64,000 bases of DNA from the human T2T-CHM13v2.0 reference genome, Homo sapiens: the NCBI RefSeq assembly GCF_009914755.1, contig NC_060942.1. One strand, written 5' to 3'. Each line of letters starts with the position of its first letter. Within the stretch, counting starts at the first letter, position 1. The translations under genes were made by a program, and so were the position numbers. Under the pieces are notes generated by a model. It was given only the letters and a program-made list of their open reading frames with translations. It was not told the DNA's origin and did no database searches. Positions 16,321 through 32,400 of this stretch are shown here, piece by piece.

Positions 16321-16878
16321 GTGGCCAGCAACATATTTATAATCGTGAATTTAAATAAAGTTCTTACCTGCCAAGTTCAACATGTGGGCCATCTTTTGGT
16401 TGATTTTAATTGATTGATTTTTTTTTCCCTTGACTGTGGTTAACATTTTGTTTCTTTTCACGTCTGGTAATTTTTTATTTTGTCCTGAATATTATGTATG
16501 AAACATTATAGATAGGGATTTTATTATCATTTTCTGAAGAGTGTTGGTTTTTGCCCACATCTGCAATGTAGCTACCAGTTAGTCACCTTTGAACTTGGAT
16601 AGGTTTGGTTTTATGCTTTGTGAGGGCAGATCTCTGGAAAGCCTGGGGTGTTTTCCAAGCCCCTCTAAATTGGTAGGACTCACTCTCCAAACTCCTTCTT
16701 TGTACATTTCACTGAAGCTTGATTTTGGTCTTTGTTAGAGAAGTTTATGATAAGCCTTCTTCTCGTATGTGGGCTTTCTAGTATTCTTAGCGGAAGTCTA
16801 GGACATTAAGATATCCCTCCATTCTATGTCAGAACTTAAAATTTCTCGTAGTATTGCCCAATTTGTAGCATTTCTATA

Positions 16879-18805
16879 TAGTTATGTGTCAGTTAGTGAT
16901 AGGTATATGTTCTAAGAAATGTCTTAATAATTATTGTGCAGACATCATAGAGTATACATACACAAACCTAGCCTATTATAGACCTAGGCTATATAGTGTA
17001 GCCTATTGCTCCTAGGCTACAAACTTGTAGGGCATTTTTTTCTTTATATTTTTATTTTTATTTTTAAGTTCTAGGGTAGATGTGCAAGTTTGTCACATAG
17101 GTAAATGTGTGCCATGGTGGTTTGCTGCACCTATCAACCCATCGCATAGACATTAAGCCCAGCATGTATTAGCTATTTTTCCTAATGCTCTCCCTCCCCC
17201 CACCACACCTCCCAACAGGCCCCACGGTGTGTTGTTTCCCTCCCTGTGTCCATGTGTTCTCATTGTTCAGCTCCCACTTATAAGTGAGAACATGCGGTAT
17301 TTGGCTTTCTGTTCCTGCATTATTTTGCTGAGGATAATGGCTTCCAGCTCCATCTGTGTCCCTGAAAGGACATGATCTTGTTCCTTTTTATGACTGCATA
17401 GTATTCCATGGTGTATATGTACCACATTTTCTTTATCCAGTCTATCATTGATGGGCATTTGGGTTGATTCCATGTCTTTGCTATTGCGAATAGTGCCTCA
17501 GTGAACATATGCATACATGTTATCTTTGTAATTCAATGATTCGTATTCCTTTGGGTATATACCCAGTAATGGGTTTGCTGGATCAAATGGTTCTAGATCC
17601 TTGAGGAATCGCCACACTGTCTTCCACAATGGTTGAACTAATTTACATTCTCACCAATAATGTAAAAGCGTTCCTATTTCTCTGCAACCTTGCCAGCATC
17701 TGCTGTTTCTTGACTTTTTAGTAATAACCATTCTGACTGGCATGAGATGGTATCTCTTTGTGGTTTTGATTTGCATTTATCTAATGATCAGTGATGTTGA
17801 GTTTGTTTTCATGTTTGTTGGCTGCGTGAATGTCTTCTTTTGAGAAGTGTGTATTCATGTCCTTTGCCCACTTTTTAATGGGGTTGTTTGTTTCTTTCTT
17901 GTAAATTTGTTTAAGTTCCTTGTAAATTGTGGATATTAGACCTTTGTCAGATGGATAGATTGCAAAAATTTTACCCCACTATGTAGGTTGCCTGTTCACT
18001 CTGATGATAGTTTCCTTTGCTGTGCAGAAGCTCTGATAGAAAGAATCAATATTGTGAAAATGGTCATACTACCCAAAGTAATTTATAGATTCAGTGCTAT
18101 TCCATTAAACCGCATTGACATTCTTCACAGAATTAGAAGAAACTATTTTAAAATTCATATGGAACCAAAAAGAGCTTATATAGCCAAGACAGTCCTAAGC
18201 AAAAAGAACAAAGCTGGAGGTATCACGCTACTGTACTTCAAGGCTACAGTAACTAAAACAGCATGGTACTGGTACAAAGACAAACACATGGACCAATGGA
18301 ACAGAATAGAAGACACAGAAATAAGACCACACATCTACAACCACCTGATCTTCGACAACCTGACAAAAACAAGCATTGGGAAAAGGATTACCTATTTAAT
18401 AAGTGGTGCTGGGAGAACTGGCTAGCCTTATGTAGAAAACTGAAACTTGACCCCTTCCATATACAAAAATTAACTCAAGATGGATAAAGTCTTAAATGTA
18501 AAACCCAAAACTATAAAAACCCTAGAAGAAAATCTAGGTGGTACCATTCAGGACATAGGCACAGGCAAAGATTTCATAACGAAATCCCCAAGAGCAATTA
18601 CAACAAAAACAAAAATTGACAAATGGGATCTAATTAGAGCATATTACTGTACTGAATACTCTAGGCAGTTGTAACACTATGGTAAGTATTTGTGTACCTG
18701 AATATAGAAAAGGTATAGTAAAAAATTGATATTATAATCTTGTGGGACCACTGTCATATATTTGGTCAATTGTTGACTGAAACCTCATGATAGAGTCTGT
18801 GACTG
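16879..18805 (-). mobile_element. Tigger3a-like DNA transposon split by an L1
   Basis: Halves at 16879-17035 (gcctattgctcctaggctacaaac) and 18637-18805 (tactgtactgaatact...tgtgactgta) are colinear with the recalled consensus. Confidence 0.85.
17036..18636 (-). mobile_element. L1PA (about PA8-10) with 5' inversion
   Basis: 17036-18034 is a reverse-strand 3' end, and 18035-18636 is forward-strand ORF2 (INIVKMVILPKVIYRFSAIP). TSD agggcat / agagcat. Confidence 0.92.
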
Positions 18806-18859
18806 TATTTCTATTCTGCTTTCAACCTTGTAGCAGCTACTCTTTGGTAAGTCATGCAG

Positions 18860-20850
18860 TGAAAAAGAAAACCAAACAGGAAATCAACAACACTAAAAGT
18901 TGATTCTTTGAAACTGTAAATAAAATTAATAATCCTTTTCAAGATGATCAACCTACTATGAAAAGAAAAAAATTACCAATATCAGGACTGAAAAAGGATA
19001 TATCACTATATGTTTTAATTATATTTTTAAGTAATGAAGGAATGTTGTGAACAATTTTTTGCAAGCACTTTTGACAATTTAAACAATATAAATTCCTTTA
19101 AGTCAATAATATACCAAGATTGGTACAAAAAAGTAGAAAATTTGAATAACCCTATATCTGTTAAAGAAATTTAATTTCTAGTTAAGAACTTTCCCATAAG
19201 TAAAACTACACACCCATCAAAACTTCACTTGCAAATTCTACCTAGTATCTATAGAAGAAATAATATCAATCTTACACAAATTATTTCAGAGACTAGAACA
19301 GGGTGTCTCAGCCTTGGTACTATTGATGTTTCAATGAGATAATTATTTGTTGTGAGAGGCTGTCCTGTGCATTGTAGGATGTTAAGCAGCATCCCTGGCC
19401 TCTACCCACTAGATGCCAATAGCATCCCCGAGTTGTGACAATCAAAAACCTCTGCAGACATTGCCATATGCCTTCTGTGTGGCAACATTCTGTCCTCCTA
19501 CCACACTTGAGAACCACTGGACTATAGGAAGAAGGAACTATTCTCAACTTCTTTTGTGAGGTCTGAACCTGGTAAAGGCATTAGAAGAAAAGAAAATGAC
19601 AGGCCGGTCTTCCTCATGGACATAAATTCATGGACACAAATGCAGAAAAAAAAAAAACCCACAAAAAAATCCTTAACAAAATATCAGCAATTTAAGTTCA
19701 GGAATATGTAAAAAGCATAATACAGCTTGACTAAATAGGCTTAACATTTGAAAATCAGTCAATGTAATTTGTGATATTAACATAATAAAAAATATTTTAA
19801 TCCTTTTTAAAGATTAAAGAAAACTTCATCTCAAACAGATGCAGGAAAAGCATTTGACATAACTCATCCAGTGCTTATTCATTATAGGAAGAAAAAAAAG
19901 ACCTCTCATCAAGCTGGAAAAATGATAGTGTCAACAGAGATACATCTCTTTAATAACAAACACTTTTAGGAACAGGGTAAAGATGTCCACTCTTACCACT
20001 TTTATTCAGCATTGTCTGGGAGGTTCTGGTGTGATCAGGCATGAAAGATATTGGGAAGAAGTAAGTGAAACTGTCTTTATTCTCAGATAACATGATTGTA
20101 TACATGGAAAAATACTAAGGAAGCTACAGAGACAAGTACTAGAATTAAGTGAATTTAACACAATCACAGAATGCAAATTCAATGTATAAAAATAAAATTT
20201 ATTTCTATATAATAACAGTAATTAGCATAGAAAATAAAAGCATTTATAGTACCATCAAAACCATCAAATAATGAAGAATAAATTTAGCAAAAGAAGCAAA
20301 ATATCTCTACATGATAACCACAAAATACTGCTGAGACAAATTTAAGAAAACTAAATGGAAAGAAAGATATGCTCTTGAATTTGACCAGTCGGTATTGTTA
20401 TAAATATCAAAATTTTTTTCCAAACTGAGTCTTAGATTCAATGCAATTTCAGTCAAAATACCAACATACTGTTTTATAGAAGTTGGCAAACTTATTCTGA
20501 AATTTATATGGAAATGTGAAAGGACTAGAATAGCAGTGGCAGTCTTTGTTATTCTAGAAGACTAAATTGAAGGACTTATGCTACCTAATTTTAGGTATGT
20601 AAATTAAAGTTATGTAATCAATACAGGTTGGTATTCACCTTAAGATGCATAAATAGATCGATGGAAAAGAATGGAGTCCAGAAACAGACCCACACACTCA
20701 TATGCTCAACTGTTTTTTGACGGTGGTGCCAAGCAATTCAGTAGAAAAAGGAAAGCTTTTTAAACAAGTAATGCTAGAAATATTGGATACAAATATGGGG
20801 AAGAAATGAACCTTGATCCCTACCTCACATCCTAGCCAAAAAATAATTTG
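18860..20850 (+). mobile_element. Old L1M ORF2 remnant
   Basis: gatgcaggaaaagcatttgaca, ttattctcagataacatgattgtata and gaaccttgatccctacctcac. An L1MC-like 3' region appears to continue in pieces to about 22800. Confidence 0.8.
19299..19519 (-). mobile_element. MER20 (hAT-Charlie MITE)
   Basis: gcagcatccctggcctctacccactagatgcca. Ends cagggtgtctca / tgagaaccactg. TSD gactagaa / gactatag. Confidence 0.92.
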
Positions 20851-21105
20851 ATCTTGAGGCATTAAAGTGCGAGTGGTATGAGAAGGGCATCCATAGAAGA
20901 GGGCAGCTAGGCATAGAATATCAGAACTTTTGCACAGTGAGGAGGGCTTCCATATGGGAACTGCACTGGTGTTGTGTGTTGGAGCTTGAGCAGAATGAGA
21001 AGGAGGTATCTATGTGGAGTTTGGCCTTGCAGGGGGTCTTGTTACCCAGAGGGATGAAGAGAGCTTCCTTAGGAGTAGCCCAGTCATGGCTAGGTGGGAA
21101 TGGGT

Positions 21106-21671
21106 TGTAGGGGAAGAATAATTTTTTCTTCAGTCCTCATAGGTTCTTAGTTGGAATGGACCTATGTAAAAAAAAAAAAAAAAAAAAACAGATTAGCAAG
21201 AGAAAAACAAACATACATTAACACGTGTGTTTCATATGTACATGGAAGAAACTCAGAAAATTAGTAGTTCTCAAAGAGGTAGTTTTCATTCCAGCTTTTA
21301 TAGCATCTTCAACAAAGAACAGTAGAATTTTAGAAAAGTAACGAGACAAAGGTAAAGGACTTTAAGTTCCTAAAGGTAGCAAATTGAGTCAAGGAAACTA
21401 AATGGCAGATAAAGGCTAGTTGGTAAAGCCTGTTAATATAGATTCCCCTGGTATCGTCTCCAGATGATAAGGGTCTAAAGTTGCCTTCAGTGTTTAACCT
21501 TTGTTCTCCCTAGTAGAAGGCGAGCAGGGTACCTTTTGTCTCTGTAAGTTTGTGTTCAGCTTTTAGGCAGATAAAAGGGAGGGCAGAGAGCTTTCCTGTG
21601 TTTGCTTTTTCTTAATTGTCCTGAGCCCAACAATCCTTCGTTTTGTTGGGTAGCACATTTTGTCTCCTGCA
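21106..21671 (-). mobile_element. ERV1 solo LTR, MER34-like
   Basis: TG...CA ends, 4-bp flanks gggt / gtgt, and acagattagcaagagaaaaacaaac. Family name is from memory. Confidence 0.7.
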
Positions 21672-21810
21672 GTGTCCAGAGTGTCCATACAGTGGCGCGT
21701 TGGCAGAAGCAGCCCAGAAGCATGTGGTGTGAGAGGAGTAGGCTGGTAAAGGATGAATAGCTGTGGTGACAGAATATTATTTTAATACAAAAGTATTAAG
21801 TAAGTAATTA

Positions 21811-22444
21811 TGGTACAGGGCTAAAAAGAAATTATTTAAGCAGTTAGAGAGGGTAAGAGAGTCCTCAGTAAGGCTTCCCTTTTAACAAAAAGCAGCCCCC
21901 AAATCATTTGTTTTCCAACAAAGAGCAGCCTGAAAAATCGAGTTGCAGACATAGATAACCAAGCTGGAAGCTTGCACAGGTAAATGCTGGCAGCTGTGCC
22001 AATAGGAAAAGGTTACCTGGAGGCCAGGCATGTTCAACATGGAGGCTCCATCTTTACTTTTCTTTGTCAACCACATGTACAGTAAAGGAACAGGCAACAT
22101 GGTGCTGGCAAGGTAGAGAGCCCATCTGCAAAATAAAAAATTAGGGTGGGGCAGCCACCTTCTTCATGCACTGTGAAAATGGCACACTTGGTCCGACCAA
22201 TCTTTTGGGCCTTATGTAAGTCAGACACTGCCTCCTCAAGCTTGTCTACAAAACCCCATGCATTTAACCACGGAACCAGAATACCCACTCAGGAGCCCCT
22301 CTCTGCAGGAGAGAGAGCTTTTCTCTTTCTCTCACCTATTAAACCCCCACTCTTAAACTCACTCCTTGTGTGTCTGCGTCATTGATTTCCTTGGCTTAGG
22401 GCAACAAACCTTGGGTATTACCCCAGATGAATGATGCCACTTCA
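21811..22444 (+). mobile_element. ERV1 solo LTR, LTR9/LTR9B-like
   Basis: TG...CA, 634 bp, flanks atta / gtta. CCAAT boxes and ATTAAA at 22338. Confidence 0.8.
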
Positions 22445-23181
22445 GTTATATTACAGAAAATGGCAGCCAGTTTTTTTCATTGTTGGAGAAAGGATATATC
22501 TATGGAAAGAGAAGAAGCTAAAATGAACCCTGTTGGTTTAGAGTTGGAATTTTGAAGATATTAGTATAAACTCTGTATAAACGCATGTTTTTCCCTCTAT
22601 ATATACCTATATATAGAAATGACTATATAGGTACATACATGTATTCTCTTTCCGTGTTCACAGCAAGGACTTGGGAGCTGTGGCAATCCAATAGCTTTTT
22701 TTTTTTTTTTTTTTTTTTTTCCCAATACAAGGTACCAGACCTTTTCAAAGAAATGGCTGATTCCAGGACTGGTTCAGAAACTGGACAATATAGCAATTGT
22801 TTAGGTATGATATGGCCAGCACCTGAATCAGGCCACTGGAAGTGAACGGAGGAATTAAGAGGTATCTATCTGTTTCTCCAGCCTAGATTTTATGGTCTTC
22901 TAAATCAAGGACTTGTTCTTTTTCTTTTAAAAAAAAAAAAAAAAAAAGACTCATGCCAAAATTTGAGTATTTCATGTGCTGTTTTTTCTCTTATACTCTA
23001 TTCGCTTAAATGTCTACCTTTCTTCCCCTGGTTTTCCTCACATCACTGACACCCCTTTCCCTCCTGCTGTCCCCCGAGGATTTCCTACAGGTGCCTTAGA
23101 GAATCCGTGTTTCCTAGGAAATGCACTCTTTTCATCTGCCTTTTTCTAAAAGACTGTTTTCTCCCACTCTTCACAATAACT

Positions 23182-23387
23182 CAGTAATTTTCAATCCTAT
23201 CTGAACATTAGAATCACCTATAGAACTTTTTTAAAAGGAGAGGAGAGTGAGAGAGGGAAGCAAATAATATCCAGGTCCCACCCTAGACTGATTAATTCAG
23301 TTTCGACAAGTGGGTGAGACTCAGTCCATCGCTCTTATTAAAAATTCCCCAGATTATTTAAATGTATTGCCAAGCTGTGAATCACTG
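23182..23387. mobile_element. MER5-like MITE
   Basis: cagtaattttcaa...cattagaatcaccta...gtgaatcactg. Confidence 0.7.
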
Positions 23388-23519
23388 CCTAAAATCAGCA
23401 TCTTTTCTGAGAGCACCACTTCTATTAGAGGCCATTCTTTCTGTCACATTTGATAAACAACAGAGAGAGGAGTGCCAGCATTTTTCTTGCATATCTCTTT
23501 ATTTATGTGAATCTAAATA

Positions 23520-25690
<2,171 letters not shown>

Positions 25691-26600
25691 ATTAGGAAAT
25701 TTATTAAAAAGGAATAAGGAGAGCAGAAGTTGAGACAACTGAGATTTCTTATGAGTGACTGGGAGGATGGTGATATCATTAAGTGAGAATGGAAACAGAA
25801 GGAGGAAGTAGTTTCAAGATAAAGATACTGGATTGCTTTAGCAAGAGTTGGTTTGGGAGGCAGGAATAGACATCGCTTTACAGCTTTTCATCAGATACTT
25901 GATCAGGTCAGCAGTTTTGGCAAGCACTGTGAACTAGAAGAATCTGTTTAGAAATCGTACTTGCAGATATAGAGGTGTGGCAAGGATCACCAAGAAAGTA
26001 CTAAGAGGGAAGAGGACAGGGACAGACTTTTGCAATGTCTGCATCTAAGGGGAAGGAAGAAGTCTCCTAAAACCAGAAAACCAGTCAGGATAATGTGTTA
26101 TGAAGACCAAGGGAGAAAACATTTCAAGAAAAAATGTTTTCTTGAATTTCTTGAATTTCTGTAGGGTGATCTAGTAACAAGCAAGACTGTTCAAAGAAGA
26201 AAGGCCTTTTGATTTGTTCTTTAAAAACAAGTTCTAGTCGGTATGTCTGTTAGAATAAATTATTGTTTTCTAGACGTTCAGCAGACAAGGAGAGAGGAGA
26301 TGGTAATGGAAGGGACATGGTGAGAGTTTTTTGTTTGTTTTTAAATTATAAAATGCATGCCTATTGGAAGAAATTAAAACATTCAGAGTTATATAAATTA
26401 AAATATAAAACTCTTCCCTCTATTTCTTCTACTCCCTTCTAGTTTGACATTTATCCATCCAGAACTTTAAAAATATTTTTGTATATTTTTATTTTTATAA
26501 AAATGAGATCACATTATATACTCTATAATTGCAAATTGCTTTTATTTTAATAGCATGTCATGAAGTTTCTTCTCATCAGTGTAAAGAATTACCTCATCCT

Positions 26601-26901
26601 AGCCAAGTGTGGTGGCTCACACCTGTAATCCCAGCACTTTGGGAGGCCGAGTGGGCAGATCACGAGGTCAGGAGTTCAAGACCAGCCTGGCCAACATAGT
26701 GAAACCCCATCTCTACTAAAAATACAAAAATTAGCCGGACATGGTGGTGTGTGCCTGTAGTCCCAGCACTCGGGAGGCTGAGGCAGGAGAATCACTTGAC
26801 CTGGAAGGTGGAGGTTGTGGTGAGCAAAGACTGCGCCACTGCACTCCAGCCCGGGCAACAGAGTGAGACTCCTCTCCAAAAAAAAAAAAAAAAAAAAAAA
26901 A
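26601..26901 (+). mobile_element. AluS
   Basis: TSD aaagaattacctcat, within a reverse L1ME fragment. Confidence 0.95.
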
Positions 26902-27087
26902 GAATTACCTCATTCTTTTTAATGGCTGAATAGTGTTCTTTATAATTAATATGTACCATAATTTATTCATTCTCTTATAGAATGATATTTGCTTTCAGTT
27001 TTTCACTATTACAAATAATTCTCCAGTGATTATCCTTAAACAAATATTCTCATGCTGTTGTTCATGTAATTCTGCAGGAGAAATTCC

Positions 27088-27348
27088 TTTTTTTTTCTTT
27101 CTTTCTTTCTTTCTTTTTTTTTGGAAACAGAGTCTCACTGTCTCCCAGGCTGGAGTGCAGTGGCATGGTCATATCTCACTATAAGCCCAAACTCCTGGGC
27201 TCAAGCTATCCTGCTGCCTCAGCTTCCCAAGTAGCTGGAACTATAGGCACATGCCACCATGCCTGGCTAATTTAAAACAATTTTTTTTCTTTAGTGATGG
27301 GGTCTTGCTGTGATGCCCAGTCCGATCTCAAATTTCTGGCCTCAGGTG
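27088..27348 (-). mobile_element. AluJ, 5'-truncated
   Basis: ctcctgggctcaagctatcc. Confidence 0.9.
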
Positions 27349-29163
27349 TGGGATAAAAGTAGAACTGTTGAAAGAGGGATGCATTTTCATTTTGTGTTGA
27401 CAAGTCACTCACAAAAAGGTGATACCCATTTGTGGTTCCTGCAATAGGTATTAAAGTGCTCTTGTCCCCACACGCTCACTGACACTGGGTATTAATGGAG
27501 GATCTGCTCTTGTTTGTAGCCCTAGGAAAAAATCCAGTTTAGAGGAGGAGTTTGTGAGTTATAAGAAAAAGAGATGATTGACAGGCCATAGTCACAGAGG
27601 GGATGGGTCAAGATGGTATCAAGAGTGCAAATAAAAGGTAAAATTTTTTGAGACATGAAGAGAGGAATAGTAGATGGGTGAATATGGAAATAAATACAAA
27701 TGAAGGAAGAAATTTTTCATATAGTCATCTTTATTTTAGGGAAATTAGAAGCCAAGTTTCCAGTTGTGATGGAGGATTACCAAGGTGGAATTTTGAATAA
27801 AGGTACAGAAAAGCTTCTGTGAAAATGCTGTAAAGAAGCAGAAGGCAGTCAGTATTGGGAGTCTGGCTGAGCTGAGAATGAATCAAATTTGGGGAAGCCA
27901 ATGGTTGGGGTCACATTCATTTTTCTACAGAACAAGCAGAGATGTAGTCACTGGATTTGCCTGGGTTTGGGGCCTCTGGGTTGACGTAAATTTATATAAC
28001 ATTCACAATAAGGTACTTTTATTTTCCGTATTTCCCTGTTCCGTGAGTGCAATTTGTATAACCCTAAGTTATACATCTTCTGGTGGGTCTGAGAGGAAAA
28101 TGGTCTCTGTGTTCTGATTTAAAAAAAAAAGAAGAGTATCACTTTTATACATTTTCTTGTGCCTACTTTATAAAGCCATATAACTAATGATTTTATTTTC
28201 TTTATATAATTCTGAACATAAAGCCATTTACTTTCTTGGTTTTTGTTAATAAATTATGATATGAGCAAACACTGCTAAAAATTCTGATCGATATAAACCA
28301 GAGACATTTATAGAAGATTATGTGATTTGAATCCTGGTCAAAGGCCACCTGGAGTAAGTGATAGACCTGGCAACACTCCATTCAGCTTGTTCTTGTCTAG
28401 AGATTCCCTTTGCTTCTGGGGAGTTTAAACGTTTTAATTTTAGAATCTTGTTTTTTGAGTAGCTGCCTCTATGCATTTCCATGTCTTTTTCTTTAATTTT
28501 CACATTGTTTATGGGCATGGGGAAGACAAAACCAAAGTGTCATGAGTTTGTTGTGAACAAACACGAAGAGGGAAGAGTGGAATAGTGAGAGATAACACAT
28601 CATTAGAATATTTTTCCCTAAAATAAGAAAATATTATAAGAGGAAATATGCTAATGGTGGGAACACGGTTTATTAGAGAAGAAAATATGTACATGTGTTC
28701 ATTTTCATTAAAATGCCTTTTATTCTATATTTGTCTTGTTGACCTTTTAATGAAACTATGTAAGTATGGAGTCTAGTTCTTCTACGTGCACTGTTACACT
28801 ACTCCTTACGTACTCTGGGTACATAATAAATACTAATAACAATTGAAAATTAGAAACACAAACGCGTTTGTGTGAGGCACATTGGTGATATTTTAATCCC
28901 TAGTGTTCATTTTTAGTACTTGGAAAACATCTTAGATATGCAAGTCCTGTTTTAGCATACTTTTTATTTCTATAGATAGCCTGGTTCTTAGTCATATTCT
29001 GTGACTTTATTAGCTGTTTCATCAGTTTGAATCTTATTTCCCCAACTCCCAGTGTAAGCTTTTTGAGAATAAAGGCCATTTCTTTTCCAAAATTGTTGTG
29101 ACAGGACACAAAATAGACGTTGAGTAAATTATTTAAATTATACCTCAATAAAAGGTAAGATAA

Positions 29164-29490
<327 letters not shown>

Positions 29491-32400
29491 TAGGGGAAGG
29501 TAGTTGCTAGCCAATGAATTTCAGATGATTTCCTACAATGCTGAGCAAAAGTTAAATGTTTACACACTGAAGTGTGCCTGCAAGGCCACAGGTAACACAT
29601 TTACTAGATTAGTGAATTGTGTCTGTGTTTTTCTTAGAATACTGGAATGAAAAACTGTATCCAACTTGTCCCTCTTTTTGCAAGCAATAACTGTTAAGAA
29701 TTAGTCAGCAGTAAGTATGGTCATAGACTAAAATAATGTTCCAAGTGAGTAAAGAGGGCAAGATATTGAACATAAATCTCTCCTGGAAAAATAAACCCTA
29801 ACAACTACAGTTAATCCTCAATTGACTGGAAACATGGGGAGGGTGGAGGAGAGGTCATGGACAATTCCCCATATTGTGACTAAAGCAAAACCTCACAAGT
29901 CTAAAGCATTTTTTGCCTAACAGTCTTTTAAGTGTCAATAATACTTCCTGTTATATGTGGTAGACTTTAAAGAAATCAATTATAAGTAACTATGTTAAAT
30001 GTTGAGTGAAGCAAATTTATTTGTTTCCCAGTTGTTCCTGGAGAGGCTTTTGGCTTAATCTTTCCTGGCATCCTTAAAGGAACGACTTTGGAAAAGAATG
30101 GAGCAAGTCTGAGCTTTATTGTACAGAAAAGATGTACAGGAAACAAAAGACCAAAAAGACCTCTGAGCCCTCTCCTGCTCACACCTCTTTCCTAGTGTCT
30201 TTTTTCCCTTCTCAAAACTATTAACCCAGATTTCCTTCTTATTTACCTGTTTTCCTACTGGGCCAGCACCTTTCTACCTCTGGTGTCATGCAACCTACTT
30301 TTCATAATCTCTGTAGCCACTCTCACATTTATTTATTTGAAAATTGGGCAGTGCTTTGTGAGATCTTGCAGGTGTATATCTCCCTGCCTCTCTTCATCTG
30401 CTACTAGCTCTGTCATGCTTTTTGGGTTTGATTGTGATTAATCTAGAAATTGTTTAATCCTCTTCCACATAATTGAGAAATGATAATTAGTTCAAATTTT
30501 GGGAGGGAGGACTATCCACAATTTGAAATAAAAGCAAAAGTACATTTTGTTAGACATAAGGCAAAGAAAGGTTTTGTAGACTTCCATTGTTTTAGAACAA
30601 CTTAGAAGCTTCTTTTTAGACATTGCTTCCAAAAATAAAAATTAAATTGAAGAAACTTTATGAGGTAGAATCTTTACTTTCTCTGTTAGCAGTCCTTCAG
30701 AAATGGAAAACTCTTACCTCAGCTTCCTCTGTTCTTAGTCATTGCACTTTGGAGAGTGAAGAACTAGTCACAACTGGTGTGGTGGTTACACTGCAAGGCT
30801 TAACATAGTCTTCAGTTAACTTGTTTTCAAATTTGTGTTGCGTGGCAGCACTAAGATAAAATGGCAAAATGAGAAAAATATAGTGGAATAGCAAAAGAAC
30901 AAATAACTTGTGTTATTGGTTAAAACCACAGCAACAGTAGAAAGCAGCAATTGAAAAGGCACTTTGAGAAAGATATCATCAGGCCAGCCCTTGCTGTGGT
31001 GGAGGTTAATCTCTCCTGGGCCTAGCTACAGAAGCCAGAAGCCTGAAAAGGTCTTGTGTCCAAAAAAAATCAATTTCTAATTTGAAACAAAATCATTTTT
31101 GACTAACAGGGGTTCAGAACCCATTACTTTTTGCTGTATAGTCTGCTGACATTTCAGCACTTTCTGTTGTGCACAATGAATCCTAATAGTCATTTTATAA
31201 TGTTGCTATACCAATCAATTTAACCAAGAGAAAGCTGTTACAATTCTGCAAAGTTTTCAGGAATAGTTTTCACTCATGGTTTTATTTTTTCTTCCATTAG
31301 GTTTTTTTTCCCCTTTTTTTGTGGGGGTGGGGGAAGGTTGTAGTGTTGCAATAAAAAAAAAAAAGAAACTTTTTCATCTTTTTAAGAGTTTTTATTTTAA
31401 GGCATTCACAGGAACTACTGACTTTCTTTTCTACTCATGAAAAAGACCGCCTTGTATTTTCCTTTTCTTTTATTCTAATATGGAGCTGTTAGCAAAATTA
31501 TTATCTATATGACCATTAAAGAAGCTAAAGTTGCCCCTTTGAGCCATTCTGCCCATTGCACAGCTAGTGTATGCAGATTATAGTACAGGGCAAAGTTATT
31601 GCATTGGCATTTGCTGTGGCACCCAACCAAATGGGAGATATAAACTTTCCATGGATGCACAGTAGACTTGGAAACCCTGTTTATCATAAGGCTGATGACC
31701 TAGCACTAATCACCTAAGTTACACTGCTTGGTTCATCACCTTCTTAATTGCTTTACCCTCTTTAGTGTGTCTGAATTTTTTAATATACTTTTCTTCTGTC
31801 TTACATCTTTTGTTTCTTTTGCTGTTATCCTTTACTCATTAAGTACTACACAGGACATTTACTACAGGACCATTAATCTTTATTACCAGTATCTTACTCC
31901 CTTACCTCTCCTATCCTCCTCACCATTCTGCCAGCTTTATGATGCTAAACATGTTAAAAAAAAAAAAAAGACCAGACTATTGTCTCAAGAAACAACCTTA
32001 CGATAGCAAAGATATGTACAGTATTGTCAAAATTACACTTAAGATATATAGACTTGTTCATCAGTTTTAGTTACTTTTATTGAGCAATGTCAAACAGGGA
32101 GATAATACTTGGGAAAATCTAAACTTGAGTAAGAACTTTTAAAAGGCATAAATCTGGAAACACCTGATTTTCATTCCTCTTTTTTCCTCCCTTGTAGCCT
32201 CAAAACGTTTTCCACCAGCTTGCCTAGAACCCCCCTTTCCTGAGCAATCATCGATATTCCCTTTTATGAGAGCCCTCAAAACTGAGGGCATTTTTTTCTT
32301 GTTATGTTGATGGGCTAGCAGAGGCTGTGAAGCCACTGAGTGCGCAGTTTTCAGAACTGAAATGTTAAACCTCTGACCTTGGCACTGCCCATTCCTAAGT

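Noticed and set aside
17988-18674. ORFs with reverse-transcriptase-protein-like text
   Set aside because: Frameshifted L1 ORF2 remnants in the inverted L1 segment.
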